Assembly: GCA_965243395.1 (NCBI GenBank) | Contig: CBDEUS010000001.1 | Coordinates: 352,001-416,000, forward strand | DNA: 64,000 nucleotides | Direction: 5' to 3' | Source: Gammaproteobacteria bacterium | Lineage (GTDB): Bacteria; Pseudomonadota; Gammaproteobacteria; UBA4575 | Part shown: in pieces, positions 21,857 to 32,543 of the stretch | How the letters are laid out: every line of letters begins with the position of its first letter | Position numbering within the stretch: position 1 is the first letter of the stretch | Program-made: the position numbers and the translations under genes | The notes under the pieces: model-generated | The model's input: the letters and a program-made list of their open reading frames with translations, nothing else | Told to the model about the DNA's origin: nothing | The model's database searches: none

Positions 21857-22990
21857 CTAATTATCTTTTAAAAGTAATTCTAATACTCTTTGATATATTT
21901 TTGTTAGTTGATCTAACGCATCCAGTTTAATATTTTCATTCACTTTGTGGATGCTTTCATTTACAGGACCAAGTTCGACAACTTGTGCGCCCGTGGGTGC
22001 AATAAAGCGGCCGTCCGATGTGCCACCGCCGGTAGATAATTCTGGTTTGATATTTATTGTTTCTTGAATCGCTTGTTCACAAGCCGCAGCGAGTTCAGCA
22101 GGTTCGCAATAGAAAGGATTGCCAGAAAGATGCCATTCAATCTCATAATCGAGTTTATGGTTAATTAAAACATTTAAAATCTTTGTTTTAATTTCGTCAG
22201 CGCTAATTTCTGTAGAGAAACGCAGATTAAAATCTACTTGCAAAACACCGGGGATAATGTTGTTCGCACCTGTTCCGGCATTAATGTTTGATATCTGAAA
22301 TGTTGTAGCGGGGAAGTGGTCGTTACCCGCATCCCATTGCAATGAGGTTAATTCTTGGAGTGCCGGCGCAAATTCATGCACTGGATTTTTAGCTAAATGT
22401 GGATAAGCAACATGGCCTTGTACACCATAGATATAAAGGGTTGCAGAAAGTGAGCCACGACGTCCAATCTTTAGTGTATCACCAAGTGTATTTGAACTAC
22501 TCGGTTCACCTACTATGCACATATCGATGATTTCATTGCGAGCCTGTAATTCTTCGACAACTTTTACAGTTCCATTCACAGCCGGACCTTCTTCATCGCT
22601 GGTAAGCAAAAAGGCAATAGAGCCTTTATGGCTGGGATTGGAAGCCACAAAATTCTTGCACGCTACAGCCATGGCAGCGATGCTGGATTTCATATCTGCT
22701 GCGCCTCGTCCAAATAACTGATCTTCGTGAACAGTTGGTATGAAAGGGTCATAATGCCATTGTTCTATTGGACCGGTTGGTACTACATCCGTATGTCCTG
22801 CAAAAACAAATAGTGGAGATTCATCACCACGGCGTAACCAAAGATTTGTAACATCGCCAAACGGCATTACTTCGGCTTCGAATCCTGATGATTGTAGAAA
22901 TTCACTTATTAATGACTGGCACCCTGCATCATTGGGTGTGACCGAAGTTTTTTCAATTAATTGCTTAGCGAGCTCAAGCGTTGCAGACAT
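21857..22990 (-). CDS. dapE: Succinyl-diaminopimelate desuccinylase
   Basis: FAGHTDVVP, GRGAADMK, SDEEG, GEPS, QGHVAYPH, GGTSDGRF. Confidence 0.97.
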   Translation of the reverse strand: MSATLELAKQLIEKTSVTPNDAGCQSLISEFLQSSGFEAEVMPFGDVTNLWLRRGDESPLFVFAGHTDVVPTGPIEQWHYDPFIPTVHEDQLFGRGAADMKSSIAAMAVACKNFVASNPSHKGSIAFLLTSDEEGPAVNGTVKVVEELQARNEIIDMCIVGEPSSSNTLGDTLKIGRRGSLSATLYIYGVQGHVAYPHLAKNPVHEFAPALQELTSLQWDAGNDHFPATTFQISNINAGTGANNIIPGVLQVDFNLRFSTEISADEIKTKILNVLINHKLDYEIEWHLSGNPFYCEPAELAAACEQAIQETINIKPELSTGGGTSDGRFIAPTGAQVVELGPVNESIHKVNENIKLDALDQLTKIYQRVLELLLKDN

Positions 22991-23005
22991 GGTTGTATTG
23001 ATTAA

Positions 23006-23349
23006 TTATTTAAGTTTTTGAGCAAATACTTTGTCGTCAAATCCAACTTGAACAATTTTACCTTTTTGAACGACCGGACGCTTAATTAAAGTCGGATATT
23101 GTTGCATTAAATCTATGGCTTTGGTTTGGGTGAGGTAGACTGATCATTTTCTGATAGTTCCTTCCATGTTCTACTGCGTTTATTAAGTAGTACTTCCCAA
23201 TCAACTGCTCTGCACCAATCATTCAGCTGTTTTTTGGTGATACCTTGCTTTTTGTAATCGTGAAACTCAAATTTAATTTTTTTAGATATTAACCACTTTT
23301 GAGTTTTTTTGATGGTATCGCAGTTAGGTATTCCAAATACTTTCAACAT
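23006..23349 (-). pseudogene. yffB: ArsC/Spx-family protein YffB with a 1-nt frameshift (real lesion or sequencing error)
   Basis: The N-half GIPNCDTIKK...TWKEL continues in the -1 frame as LTQTKAIDLMQQYPTLIKRPVV..GFD to TAA at 23006; total 344 nt, one short of 345. Confidence 0.85.
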
Positions 23350-23351
23350 GT

Positions 23352-24179
23352 TTAATCAATGGATCTTAACAATTCATTGATACCAACTTTGCTGCGAGTT
23401 TTCTCATCTACCTGCTTAACAATGACTGCGCAATATAAACTATATTTGCCATCCTTGGAGGGTAGGTTTCCTGAGACGACAACAGAGCCCGCTGGAATTC
23501 GTCCATAAGTGACTTCACCAGTTTCACGGTTATAGATTCTGGTGCTCTTACCAATGTAGACACCCATAGAAATGACAGCGCCCTCTTCTACGATTACACC
23601 TTCTACAATTTCGGAACGTGCACCGATAAAGCAATTGTCTTCAATTATGGTTGGTGTGGCTTGTAAAGGTTCCAAAACACCACCGATACCAACACCACCC
23701 GATAGGTGGACGTTTTTGCCAATTTGTGCACATGAACCCACTGTCACCCAAGTGTCTACCATAGTACCTGAATCTACATAAGCACCGATATTTACATAAC
23801 TTGGCATTAGGATCGCGTTGGGTGCGATATATGCACCGTGCCTTACCATTGCACCTGGCACAATTCTAGCGCCTTGGTTTTTTATTTCGTCTTCAGTCAT
23901 TTGTGAGAATTTTGTTGGCACTTTGTCATAATATTTTGTTACACCAACATCAATAATTTCGTTTTCATTCATACGAAAAGAAAGTAGAACTGCTTTTTTA
24001 ATCCACTCGTTTGTAATCCAGTCATTGCCTTGTTTTTCTGCCACGCGAAGTTTGCCTAAATCAACAAGATTTAATGTTTCTTCAACCGCTTTGCGGACTT
24101 GAGGGTCGGTTGTAGAGGGTGTGATGTCAGCGAGGTTTTCAAATGCATTTTCTATGACATCTCTAGATTGATCGGACAT
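23352..24179 (-). CDS. dapD: Tetrahydrodipicolinate N-succinyltransferase
   Basis: [33 protein letters not shown]. Confidence 0.97.
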   Translation of the reverse strand: MSDQSRDVIENAFENLADITPSTTDPQVRKAVEETLNLVDLGKLRVAEKQGNDWITNEWIKKAVLLSFRMNENEIIDVGVTKYYDKVPTKFSQMTEDEIKNQGARIVPGAMVRHGAYIAPNAILMPSYVNIGAYVDSGTMVDTWVTVGSCAQIGKNVHLSGGVGIGGVLEPLQATPTIIEDNCFIGARSEIVEGVIVEEGAVISMGVYIGKSTRIYNRETGEVTYGRIPAGSVVVSGNLPSKDGKYSLYCAVIVKQVDEKTRSKVGINELLRSID

Positions 24180-24200
24180 GATTTCTCCTGCAATGTAAAT

Positions 24201-25397
24201 TTATTGTTCTTCGAGCAATTCTCTGATTCTTTGTGTAGCCACTACACATTCTTCATACTCAGCAACGAGCGCTAAGCGTACACGGTTTTTACCAGGGTTA
24301 TAACCATTAACTTCTCTGGCTAAGAAGCTGCCTGGGAGGCTAAGCACATTTTTCTTAGTATAAAGTAGCTTGCAAAACTCTACCTCATCTAATGGCAGTT
24401 CAGGCCATAGATAAAATCCTGCTTCTGGTTTTTGACATTCTAATATGGATCCAAAAATTTCAATTACCGATCTAAATTTTTGATCATACAGTTGGCGATT
24501 AGATTCTACGTGACTCTCATCTGACCATGCAGCGACACTTGATGCCTGGACAGATAAAGACATTGCACAACCGTGATATGTACGATACTGAAAAAACTGT
24601 TCAATTAAATCATTTGATCCTGCAACAAAGCCTGATCGCAAACCGGGTGCATTTGACCGTTTAGATAAACTATAAAAAGCCATGCAATTTTTCAGGTCTG
24701 GGTTTCCTGTATTTTCTGCATGATGGAGTAAACCCATGGGGGGAGATGAATCAGGTGAATAAATTTCCGAGTAGCATTCATCAGAAGCAATTATAAAATC
24801 ATACTTTAACGAATAAGTTAATAATTGCTTGATCGTTTTTGCTGGAGCAATTTCACCCGTCGGGTTACCTGGCGTACATATATATAAAAGTTGACAACGG
24901 TTCCAAATTTTTTCACTTATTTCCCACAATGCAGGTATATCTCCATCTACAACTCTGCAGTCATAATATACAGGCTCCGCACCTGCTAATAATGCTGCAC
25001 CTTCATAAATTTGGTAAAAAGGGTTGGGAATTAAAACAATTGGTTTAACGCTTTGATCAACGACGCATTGTGCTAATGCAAATAGTGCTTCACGCGTACC
25101 GTTTACCGGTAAAACATTTTCGTCTTCATTAATATTTTTTTCATCAAGCTGAAATCGATTGATCAACCATTGTGCACATGCTTGGCGTAACTCTGAAGTT
25201 CCTTTAGTAGTGGGATATTTGGAAAGCATGCCTACATTTTTTGAAAGCGTATCTTTTATGATTGAAGGAGTTGCATGTTTAGGTTCACCAATGGCTAGGG
25301 ATATGGGTGAAAGTTGCGAATTTGGCGTTACTCCTGCTATTAATTTGTTCAGCTTCTCAAACGGGTACGCTTGTAGTTTTTGTAAATATGGATTCAT
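24201..25397 (-). CDS. dapC: Succinyldiaminopimelate transaminase
   Basis: YPFEKL, IGEPKH, NPFYQIYEGA, SDECYSEIY, SLSKRSNAPGLRSG; upstream of dapD. Confidence 0.92.
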   Translation of the reverse strand: MNPYLQKLQAYPFEKLNKLIAGVTPNSQLSPISLAIGEPKHATPSIIKDTLSKNVGMLSKYPTTKGTSELRQACAQWLINRFQLDEKNINEDENVLPVNGTREALFALAQCVVDQSVKPIVLIPNPFYQIYEGAALLAGAEPVYYDCRVVDGDIPALWEISEKIWNRCQLLYICTPGNPTGEIAPAKTIKQLLTYSLKYDFIIASDECYSEIYSPDSSPPMGLLHHAENTGNPDLKNCMAFYSLSKRSNAPGLRSGFVAGSNDLIEQFFQYRTYHGCAMSLSVQASSVAAWSDESHVESNRQLYDQKFRSVIEIFGSILECQKPEAGFYLWPELPLDEVEFCKLLYTKKNVLSLPGSFLAREVNGYNPGKNRVRLALVAEYEECVVATQRIRELLEEQ

Positions 25398-25412
25398 TAG
25401 AAGGAATGCTTC

Positions 25413-28097
25413 TTATACAGCAAGTGCGATTTGTTTTGGTTGTTGTAAATAGCTTCTAATGGTATCGGCGAGATGATTTTGCTGTACTTCATTCAGTGCT
25501 GATGTATCTAGATTACTAATATGAAAAATATTATGAACACGCTCTCCTAGTTTTGAAATACGGGCATTGTGCACAGAGATATCGCAATCGATAAAAGCAT
25601 TACCCAATCCGGCTAACAGACCTGAAAAGTCAGGTGCTTTTAATTCCATAATGGTTTGTGTGTTTGTTTTATTGTTTTCAAAATAGATTTCGATTGGAAC
25701 TTGTAATTCTCTAACTCGTCGAGATAAGCCGTGAGAAAAACTAGTAGTAACCAGTTCAGGATGTTTAAGTGTTTTAGTTATCTCTTCAGCGACTAGAGCG
25801 CATTGATTGTCATCATCAATGGCTTGACCATTATTATCCAAGACCAAGAATGTATCTAGTGCATGTCCACTATTAGATGTAATTACTCTTGCATGTACAA
25901 TCGAAAGCCCAAGTTTTACCAAAGTTGAGGTGATGTGTGCAAATAAGTAATTGCGGTCTCTGCAATAGATAAAAATTTCAGTTGCACCTCTTGCGCTGTA
26001 CTGATGTATGTTTACGATCACATCATTATTATCTTTATGTTCTAAAATTGCTTGGGTATGACGCATCACTTCTTCGTCTGAATGGCGCAAAAAGTATTCA
26101 TCATCAAGTTCTTTCCATATAGATAAAAAGTTACTTTTAGGTATACCTATTTCAATTAGTCTTTGTAATGCCGAATTTTTCACTTCACTAATAAGTTCTT
26201 CTCGTTTAATGGGTGAGCTCAATCCACGTCGAAGGATGCGCGCAGTGTTTTGGTATAGCTCATTTAATAATGTGCTTCGCCAACCATTCCATAGCTTTGG
26301 ATTTGTACCTTGAATATCTGCAATAGTGAGTAAATATAGGTAGTTTAAGCGGGTTAAGTTCCCTACATTTCCAGCAAACTCATTGATGACATCAGGATCA
26401 TCAATATCATAATTTTGAGCGGTCATAGACATGACGAGATGATTTTTCACTAGCCAAGCAACTAAGTTAGAGTCAAAAGTGCTGAGACCATGTTTTAAAC
26501 AAAATTCTCTAGATTCACTTTCACCAAGTTCTGAGTGGTCTCCACCGCGACCTTTCGCGATGTCATGAAAGAGAGCAGCTAGGTATAAGACAATTGCTTT
26601 AGGAGTTTGCATAAAAATATCATGATATGTAGCAAACTCACCTTCGGATTTGGGGTCGCTAAAATGGCATGCATTACTAAATACCCTAAGAGTGTGTTCT
26701 TCAACAGTGTAAATATGGAATAGGTCAAACTGCATTCGACCTGTGACTGCATCAAAGCTAGGCAAGTATTTTCCTAGCACCCCTAATTGTGCCATGCGAC
26801 GAACTTCACGGTTATTGAGTTTCGCGTCTTGAAGAATCGCTATAAATAATTCTCGGTTTTCAGAGTTTTCTCTAAATTCATCATCAATTACAGATAAGCT
26901 ATCAATAATTAACTGAATTAAGTTGTCACTTGGCCCCACAAGATTTTTATGGATCTGGAAGAGTCTAAACACCTCGAGAATTGCGCTAGGAGTTTCTAAA
27001 AATATAGCTGGTTTGATCGCTTCCAATAGATTTGCACGTGATTGAAATCGTGAGTTGATGTTTTTTGCTCTTCTTTTAAATAATGTAGGGAATATGGAAG
27101 TTTGTAATCTGTTTACAATTATTTCAGACAATGTTGAGAGTTGGTTACTGGCTCTATAAAACGTTTGCATAAAATCTTCAACACGTTGATTGCGGTTTTC
27201 ATTACTAAAACCCAAAAGTGAAGCAACATCGTATTGATAGTCAAATAGCAAACGATCTTCTCCGCGTCCAACATGCAAGTGCAGTGCAAATCTGACTTTA
27301 GCGATAATTTTGTATACATTTAGTAAAATATTCATTTCATTTGCTGAGAAAAAACCGATGTCTACAAGTTCTTCAAATGAAAAAGTATTAAAGTGGCGGT
27401 TAGTAAGCCAGCGCAAAGTATGAATATCCCGTAAGCCACCAGGATTTTCTTTTACATTGGGCTCAAGATGATTAGCGGTATCACCAAATTTTTTATGACG
27501 AGTTTCGAGTTCGATAAATTTTTCTTTAAAATATTTTTTACTTGGCCAGATTTTTTGGTTTTTTGTTAATGCTACGATTTGTTGGTATAAATTTTTATTC
27601 CCCGCTAAAAAATAATGCTCCATTAGACTAGTCATTACCGTGACGTCGTTTTTTGCTTCTACTACACATTCCTTGGAAGATCGTACAGATTGTGCGATGG
27701 GTAAATTAATATCCCAAAGAAATGTCAAAAAACTCTCGATTTTAGATGTTAGTGACGTATCGGCACTTTTTTCTAGCACGATCATGATATCGATATCAGA
27801 TTGAGGGAACATTTCGCGTCTTCCGTAACCGCCTATGGCGATCAATGCGGCATCATTATCAGGAATTTCAAACTGTTTCCAAATATTTTTTAATAATTCA
27901 TCGATAATGCAAGTATTGAGAGAAATTAAATAATATATATCCGTATCTTTATTGAATCGATTTTCGAGTAGCGTTGATAATTCATTTTTGAAATTTTTAT
28001 ATTCAGCTACTGTTAACTTGGTATTTAATTTTGAATTTAAAAATTTAAGTAGTCTTGAATTTTCATCAAGTTCTTCATAAATATTTAATTTAATCAT
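25413..28097 (-). CDS. glnD: PII uridylyltransferase/uridylyl-removing enzyme
   Basis: AIGGYGR..FPQSDID, EPNVKENPGGLRD, LFHDIAKGRGGDHS HD domain, two ACT domains. Confidence 0.96.
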   Translation of the reverse strand: MIKLNIYEELDENSRLLKFLNSKLNTKLTVAEYKNFKNELSTLLENRFNKDTDIYYLISLNTCIIDELLKNIWKQFEIPDNDAALIAIGGYGRREMFPQSDIDIMIVLEKSADTSLTSKIESFLTFLWDINLPIAQSVRSSKECVVEAKNDVTVMTSLMEHYFLAGNKNLYQQIVALTKNQKIWPSKKYFKEKFIELETRHKKFGDTANHLEPNVKENPGGLRDIHTLRWLTNRHFNTFSFEELVDIGFFSANEMNILLNVYKIIAKVRFALHLHVGRGEDRLLFDYQYDVASLLGFSNENRNQRVEDFMQTFYRASNQLSTLSEIIVNRLQTSIFPTLFKRRAKNINSRFQSRANLLEAIKPAIFLETPSAILEVFRLFQIHKNLVGPSDNLIQLIIDSLSVIDDEFRENSENRELFIAILQDAKLNNREVRRMAQLGVLGKYLPSFDAVTGRMQFDLFHIYTVEEHTLRVFSNACHFSDPKSEGEFATYHDIFMQTPKAIVLYLAALFHDIAKGRGGDHSELGESESREFCLKHGLSTFDSNLVAWLVKNHLVMSMTAQNYDIDDPDVINEFAGNVGNLTRLNYLYLLTIADIQGTNPKLWNGWRSTLLNELYQNTARILRRGLSSPIKREELISEVKNSALQRLIEIGIPKSNFLSIWKELDDEYFLRHSDEEVMRHTQAILEHKDNNDVIVNIHQYSARGATEIFIYCRDRNYLFAHITSTLVKLGLSIVHARVITSNSGHALDTFLVLDNNGQAIDDDNQCALVAEEITKTLKHPELVTTSFSHGLSRRVRELQVPIEIYFENNKTNTQTIMELKAPDFSGLLAGLGNAFIDCDISVHNARISKLGERVHNIFHISNLDTSALNEVQQNHLADTIRSYLQQPKQIALAV

Positions 28098-28141
28098 GTA
28101 GATGGTAGATGCTAAGAAACTTGCAAGAAATAAATTACTTG

Positions 28142-28915
28142 TTACAGGTTTTCATCACTACGAAGAGTTAATACTTCATAGCCATTATCTGTTACAAGAA
28201 TTGTGTGTTCCCATTGTGCAGACAAGCTATGATCTTTGGTGACTACAGTCCAGCCATCAGGGAGCAAGCGTACATTTCGTTTTCCTGCATTTACCATAGG
28301 CTCTATGGTAAAAGTCATACCCGCTTGAAGTTCCATGCCGGTATTGGGTTTTCCATAATGTAAAACTTGTGGGTCTTCATGAAACATTCGGCCAATTCCA
28401 TGGCCGCAATATTCTCGTACAACACTACAACGATTTTTTTCAACAAAACTTTGTATTTTATGTCCAATATCGCCAAGCATGACTCCTGGCTTGACCTCTT
28501 GTATACCCAGACTTAATGCTTCGTAAGTCAGATCGACTAATCTTTGAGCCAGCACGGTCGGTTTACCAATCATAAACATCTTGCTGGTGTCACCATGAAA
28601 ATCATCTTTGATTACGGTGATATCTATATTGAGAATATCGCCATTTTTCAGGATGCGGTCACCTGGAATACCATGACAAACTTGATGGTTTACAGAGGTG
28701 CAGATTGATTTCGGGAAGCCTCGGTAGTTAAGAGGTGCCGGAATAGCTTGTAATTCATTGACGATATATTCATGACAAATATGGTCTAGTTCTTGAGTGC
28801 TAACCCCTGGTTTAACGTGGGGTTCAATCATTTCCAGTACGGTTGAGGCGAGTTTGCCCGCTACCCGCATTTTCTCAATTTCGTCTGATGTTTTGATAGT
28901 AACGCTCATGGCCAT
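28142..28915 (-). CDS. map: Methionine aminopeptidase type I
   Basis: SICTSVN..VCHGIP, NIDITV..GFHGD-like (DFHGDTS), GHGIG..FHE, FTIEP, QWEHT; start may be 28909. Confidence 0.97.
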   Translation of the reverse strand: MAMSVTIKTSDEIEKMRVAGKLASTVLEMIEPHVKPGVSTQELDHICHEYIVNELQAIPAPLNYRGFPKSICTSVNHQVCHGIPGDRILKNGDILNIDITVIKDDFHGDTSKMFMIGKPTVLAQRLVDLTYEALSLGIQEVKPGVMLGDIGHKIQSFVEKNRCSVVREYCGHGIGRMFHEDPQVLHYGKPNTGMELQAGMTFTIEPMVNAGKRNVRLLPDGWTVVTKDHSLSAQWEHTILVTDNGYEVLTLRSDENL

Positions 28916-28976
28916 AGAGTGTTGTTATTTATAAATATGCAGGCTTTTCTAAGTATTTGTTCTGAATAAGCAATCA

Positions 28977-28995
28977 TGTTATAAAGCGCCCGCGC
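28977..28995 (+). promoter_or_regulatory. Extended -10 promoter of rpsB-tsf with GC-rich discriminator
   Basis: TGtTATAAA-GCGCCCGCGC, like the E. coli rpsB promoter. Confidence 0.75.
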
Positions 28996-29030
28996 TTAAG
29001 GCAAATTAAGACCTGGACGCATAAAATAAA

Positions 29031-29105
29031 TTCACACGTATATCGACACATGTGGTTGGGTGCTCAAAAGAGTTTCCACATGGGATATACGGAGGTTTAA
29101 CCCAT
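29031..29105 (+). ncRNA. rpsB leader (t44/S2 autoregulatory RNA)
   Basis: Nested stems CGTATATC/GATATACG and CATGTGG/CCACATG, internal GGGTG, 3' GGAGG..AACCC, as in gammaproteobacterial rpsB leaders. Confidence 0.85.
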
Positions 29106-29121
29106 AGGAGTAAAACATATA

Positions 29122-30201
29122 ATGACTAGCGTCACCATGCGCCAGATGTTAGAGGCTGGCGTACATTTTGGTCATCAGACCCGTTATTGGAACCCGAAAA
29201 TGAGTCCTTACATTTTCGGTGAAAGAAATAAAATACATATTATTAATCTTGAGAAAACATTACCGATGTTTCTTGATGCGGCTACTTTCCTAGGAAGTAT
29301 GGCTGCAAATCGCGGCACCGTTTTATTTGTTGGTACAAAACGATCTGCGCGAGATGCGATACGTGATGAAGCGATGCGGTGTGGTATGCCATATGTTAAT
29401 CACCGTTGGTTAGGTGGCATGCTAACTAACTTCAATACAGTTAAGAAATCAATTCAACGCTTGCACGATTTAGAACAAATGGTGAGTGGTGAGGGAATTG
29501 AGAGATTAAATAAGAAAGAGGTGCTTGAGCTTCGACGTGAACTGTTTAAGTTAGAGCGAAGCCTGGGCGGAATAAAGAACATGCCGTCTCTGCCAGATGT
29601 TTTGTTTGTGATTGATGTCGGGTATGAAGCAATTGCAGTTAAAGAGGCAAACAAACTTGGTATACCGGTTGTTGCAATCGTTGACACGAATAATAAAGCG
29701 GATGGCGTTGATTACTTAGTTCCAGGTAATGATGATGCAATTCGTGCAATCAAGTTATATTCGTCGAATATAGCGGATGCAATTATTGAAGGTAAAGAAA
29801 GCTCTCGTGTCATGGCGGGTGGTAATGAAGATGAGTTTGTCGAAGTTGATGAGTCAGGCAAAGTTGCAGAAAAAGAAAAAAGTACAAAAGCAAAGCCTAA
29901 ACAAAAGGTAACTATTAAGAAAAAAGTTACTGCGAAAAAAATTGAAAAGATTGAGAAGGAAGATGTCATAGAGGATAAGCCAATCGAGACTCCGGTCGAA
30001 ACCGATAATCAGGTAGACATTATTGATATTGATGGTATAGGACCTAAGTATGCTGAAGCACTTAATAAGGCTGGTATCGTTACGGTGCAGAATTTACTTG
30101 ATAAATGCTCTTCTGCAGACGCTGTTGCAGGATTAGCTGAAGAAACTGGTCTTAGCGAAAAATCCATAGAATCATGGGTTGAACAAGCAAAATCAATGTA
30201 A
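29122..30201 (+). CDS. rpsB: 30S ribosomal protein S2 with a long C-terminal extension ending in an HhH/DUF4332-like domain
   Basis: [35 protein letters not shown] core (about 225 aa) plus about 135 extra aa ending [26 protein letters not shown]. Confidence 0.97.
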   Translation: MTSVTMRQMLEAGVHFGHQTRYWNPKMSPYIFGERNKIHIINLEKTLPMFLDAATFLGSMAANRGTVLFVGTKRSARDAIRDEAMRCGMPYVNHRWLGGMLTNFNTVKKSIQRLHDLEQMVSGEGIERLNKKEVLELRRELFKLERSLGGIKNMPSLPDVLFVIDVGYEAIAVKEANKLGIPVVAIVDTNNKADGVDYLVPGNDDAIRAIKLYSSNIADAIIEGKESSRVMAGGNEDEFVEVDESGKVAEKEKSTKAKPKQKVTIKKKVTAKKIEKIEKEDVIEDKPIETPVETDNQVDIIDIDGIGPKYAEALNKAGIVTVQNLLDKCSSADAVAGLAEETGLSEKSIESWVEQAKSM

Positions 30202-30256
30202 TGAGTTTGATGTCTATTTCAACAAAATTTAATAGTTAAAATTTCTAGGAAAAATA

Positions 30257-31144
30257 ATGCAAATATCAGCAACAATGGTAAAAGAACTGCGCGAACGTAC
30301 AGGCGCGGGAATGATGGAATGTAAAAAAGCTCTCACTGAGTCTGGCGGAGATATGGATGCGGCAATTGAGCAGATGCGCAAGTCTGGTCAGGCCAAGGCA
30401 GATAAGAAGGCGGGGCGGATTGCTGCAGAAGGTACAATTGCGATTGCAGCCAATGAAAAACAAGCAGCAATAATTGAAGTGAATTGTGAAACTGATTTTG
30501 TTGCTAAAGATGACCAGTTTCAAAATTTTTCCAAGCAAATTGCAGACATGGTGCTTGAAGGGGACATGAGTAGTGTGGAAGAGCTGAATAATTCAACTAT
30601 GTCTTCAGGACAAACTGTAGAGCAAACAAGACTCGAGCTGGTAACTAAGATTGGTGAAAATATTAAAGTACGACGTTTCGACAGATTAAATACAAGTGAT
30701 TCCATTTCCAGCTATGCACATGGGAAACGCATTGGAGTATTGGTAGGTCATACGGGGAGTGATGAAGTTGGGCGGGATATTGCTATGCATATTGCAGCGG
30801 TAAATCCAATTTGTGTAAGCGAAAAAGAAGTTCCGGCAGATGTCCTTGATAAAGAACGAGAAATTGCAAAGGCCCAAGCAGATGAGAGTGGTAAGCCTGC
30901 TGAGATTGTTGAAAAAATGGTGCAAGGAAAAGTAAACAAATTTTTAAAAGAAAATACCTTGCTAGGACAGGCATTCGTTAAAGATGATAGTTTAAATGTT
31001 GAAAAATATCTTAAAGGAGCGAATGCATCTGTAAATCAATTCATTCGCTATGAGGTGGGTGAGGGTCTTGAGAAAAGATCCGAGAACTTTGCTGATGAAG
31101 TTCAAAAACAAATAGATGATATGAAAGATAAAGATGATGATTAA
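30257..31144 (+). CDS. tsf: Elongation factor Ts
   Basis: [36 protein letters not shown]. Confidence 0.98.
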   Translation: MQISATMVKELRERTGAGMMECKKALTESGGDMDAAIEQMRKSGQAKADKKAGRIAAEGTIAIAANEKQAAIIEVNCETDFVAKDDQFQNFSKQIADMVLEGDMSSVEELNNSTMSSGQTVEQTRLELVTKIGENIKVRRFDRLNTSDSISSYAHGKRIGVLVGHTGSDEVGRDIAMHIAAVNPICVSEKEVPADVLDKEREIAKAQADESGKPAEIVEKMVQGKVNKFLKENTLLGQAFVKDDSLNVEKYLKGANASVNQFIRYEVGEGLEKRSENFADEVQKQIDDMKDKDDD

Positions 31145-31169
31145 AAAAAGGGGCAACGCCCCTTTTTTT
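31143..31169 (+). terminator. Rho-independent terminator after tsf
   Basis: AAAAAAAGGGGC-AAC-GCCCCTTTTTTT. Confidence 0.88.
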
Positions 31170-31197
31170 ATGTCATTTAGATTATTGTTACATTGAT

Positions 31198-31923
31198 ATG
31201 ACAGAATTAAACGTAAAATATAAAAGAATTTTATTAAAGCTGAGTGGTGAAGCTTTAATGGGTCAGTATGATTATGGTATTGATCCAGAAATTATTTCGC
31301 GTATTGGTAAAGAAATAGTACATGTGAATAAATTAGGTGTGCAGGTTGCCATAGTTATAGGTGGTGGCAACATTTTTAGGGGGGCAGGTCTCGCTCAAGC
31401 TGGCATGGATAGGGTGACAGCGGATCAGATGGGTATGTTAGCTACAGTAATGAATAGTTTAGCCTTACAAGACGCATTAGAAAATTTAGGCGTGTATTGT
31501 CGCGTAATGTCTGCAGTTAAAATTAACCAAGTGTGTGAAGACTATATTAGGCGACGTGCTGTTCGGCATCTCGAGAAAGGACGTATTGTTGTATTTGCAG
31601 CCGGCACTGGTAATCCGTATTTTACAACTGATTCGGCTGCAAGTTTGCGTGCCTCGGAAATAAACGCAGATATCATGCTAAAGGCTACAAAAGTGGATGG
31701 TGTTTATGATGATGATCCAAATAAGAATCCAAATGCTAAACGCTATGATCAAATTAAATATGATGATGCAATACAACAAAAGCTTGGCGTAATGGATGCA
31801 ACAGCTTTAGTTTTATGTAGGGATAATAAAATACCATTACGGGTATTTAATTTATTTAAGCAGGGAGATCTAACAAAAATAATTCAAGGTGAAAGTATTG
31901 GCACCGAAGTAACAGGAGCTTAA
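31198..31923 (+). CDS. pyrH: UMP kinase
   Basis: [29 protein letters not shown]. Confidence 0.98.
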   Translation: MTELNVKYKRILLKLSGEALMGQYDYGIDPEIISRIGKEIVHVNKLGVQVAIVIGGGNIFRGAGLAQAGMDRVTADQMGMLATVMNSLALQDALENLGVYCRVMSAVKINQVCEDYIRRRAVRHLEKGRIVVFAAGTGNPYFTTDSAASLRASEINADIMLKATKVDGVYDDDPNKNPNAKRYDQIKYDDAIQQKLGVMDATALVLCRDNKIPLRVFNLFKQGDLTKIIQGESIGTEVTGA

Positions 31924-31925
31924 CT

Positions 31926-32483
31926 GTGATCGAAGAAATCAAAGAAGATGCAAAACAACGTATGCAAAAAAGTATAGATGCGCTATCTAATGAGCTTTCT
32001 AAAGTGCGAACCGGGCGTGCCAATGCACGTTTGCTTGATCATGTAATGGTTGAATACTACGGTAATAAAGTTCCAATTAATCAGGCAGCTACTGTTGCGG
32101 TAGAAGATGCACGTACGATTGCGGTTACACCTTGGGAAAATTCTATAGTACCAGATGTTGAAAAAGCCATAATAAGTTCCGATTTGGGTTTGAATCCTAC
32201 AACTGCTGGAAATGTAATTAGAATTACGATGCCACCTTTAACGGAGGAGCGACGTAAAGATCTAGTAAAAGTAGTCAAATCAGAGGCAGAAAAAGGGCGT
32301 ATCGCTATACGCAATATTCGACGTGATGCAAATGCTGATTTTAAAGAGCTTTTGAAAGAAAAAGAAATTTCTCAAGATGAAGATCATCAAGCACAGGATG
32401 AAATTCAAAAGCTTACGGATAAGTTCATTTCTGAAATCGAAACTATCTTAGTGCAAAAAGAAAAAGATTTAATGGAAGTTTAG
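31926..32483 (+). CDS. frr: Ribosome recycling factor
   Basis: [32 protein letters not shown]. Confidence 0.98.
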   Translation: MIEEIKEDAKQRMQKSIDALSNELSKVRTGRANARLLDHVMVEYYGNKVPINQAATVAVEDARTIAVTPWENSIVPDVEKAIISSDLGLNPTTAGNVIRITMPPLTEERRKDLVKVVKSEAEKGRIAIRNIRRDANADFKELLKEKEISQDEDHQAQDEIQKLTDKFISEIETILVQKEKDLMEV

Positions 32484-32543
32484 TTTTTGTTCTCAAAACC
32501 TTACTTCATAAAATATTTTTTGCCATTCCAATACTTTCTCTAA

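Noticed and set aside
31100-31144. Acidic tail on EF-Ts (and the about 30-aa tail on PyrG)
   Set aside because: Short low-complexity extensions are common and carry no recognisable motif
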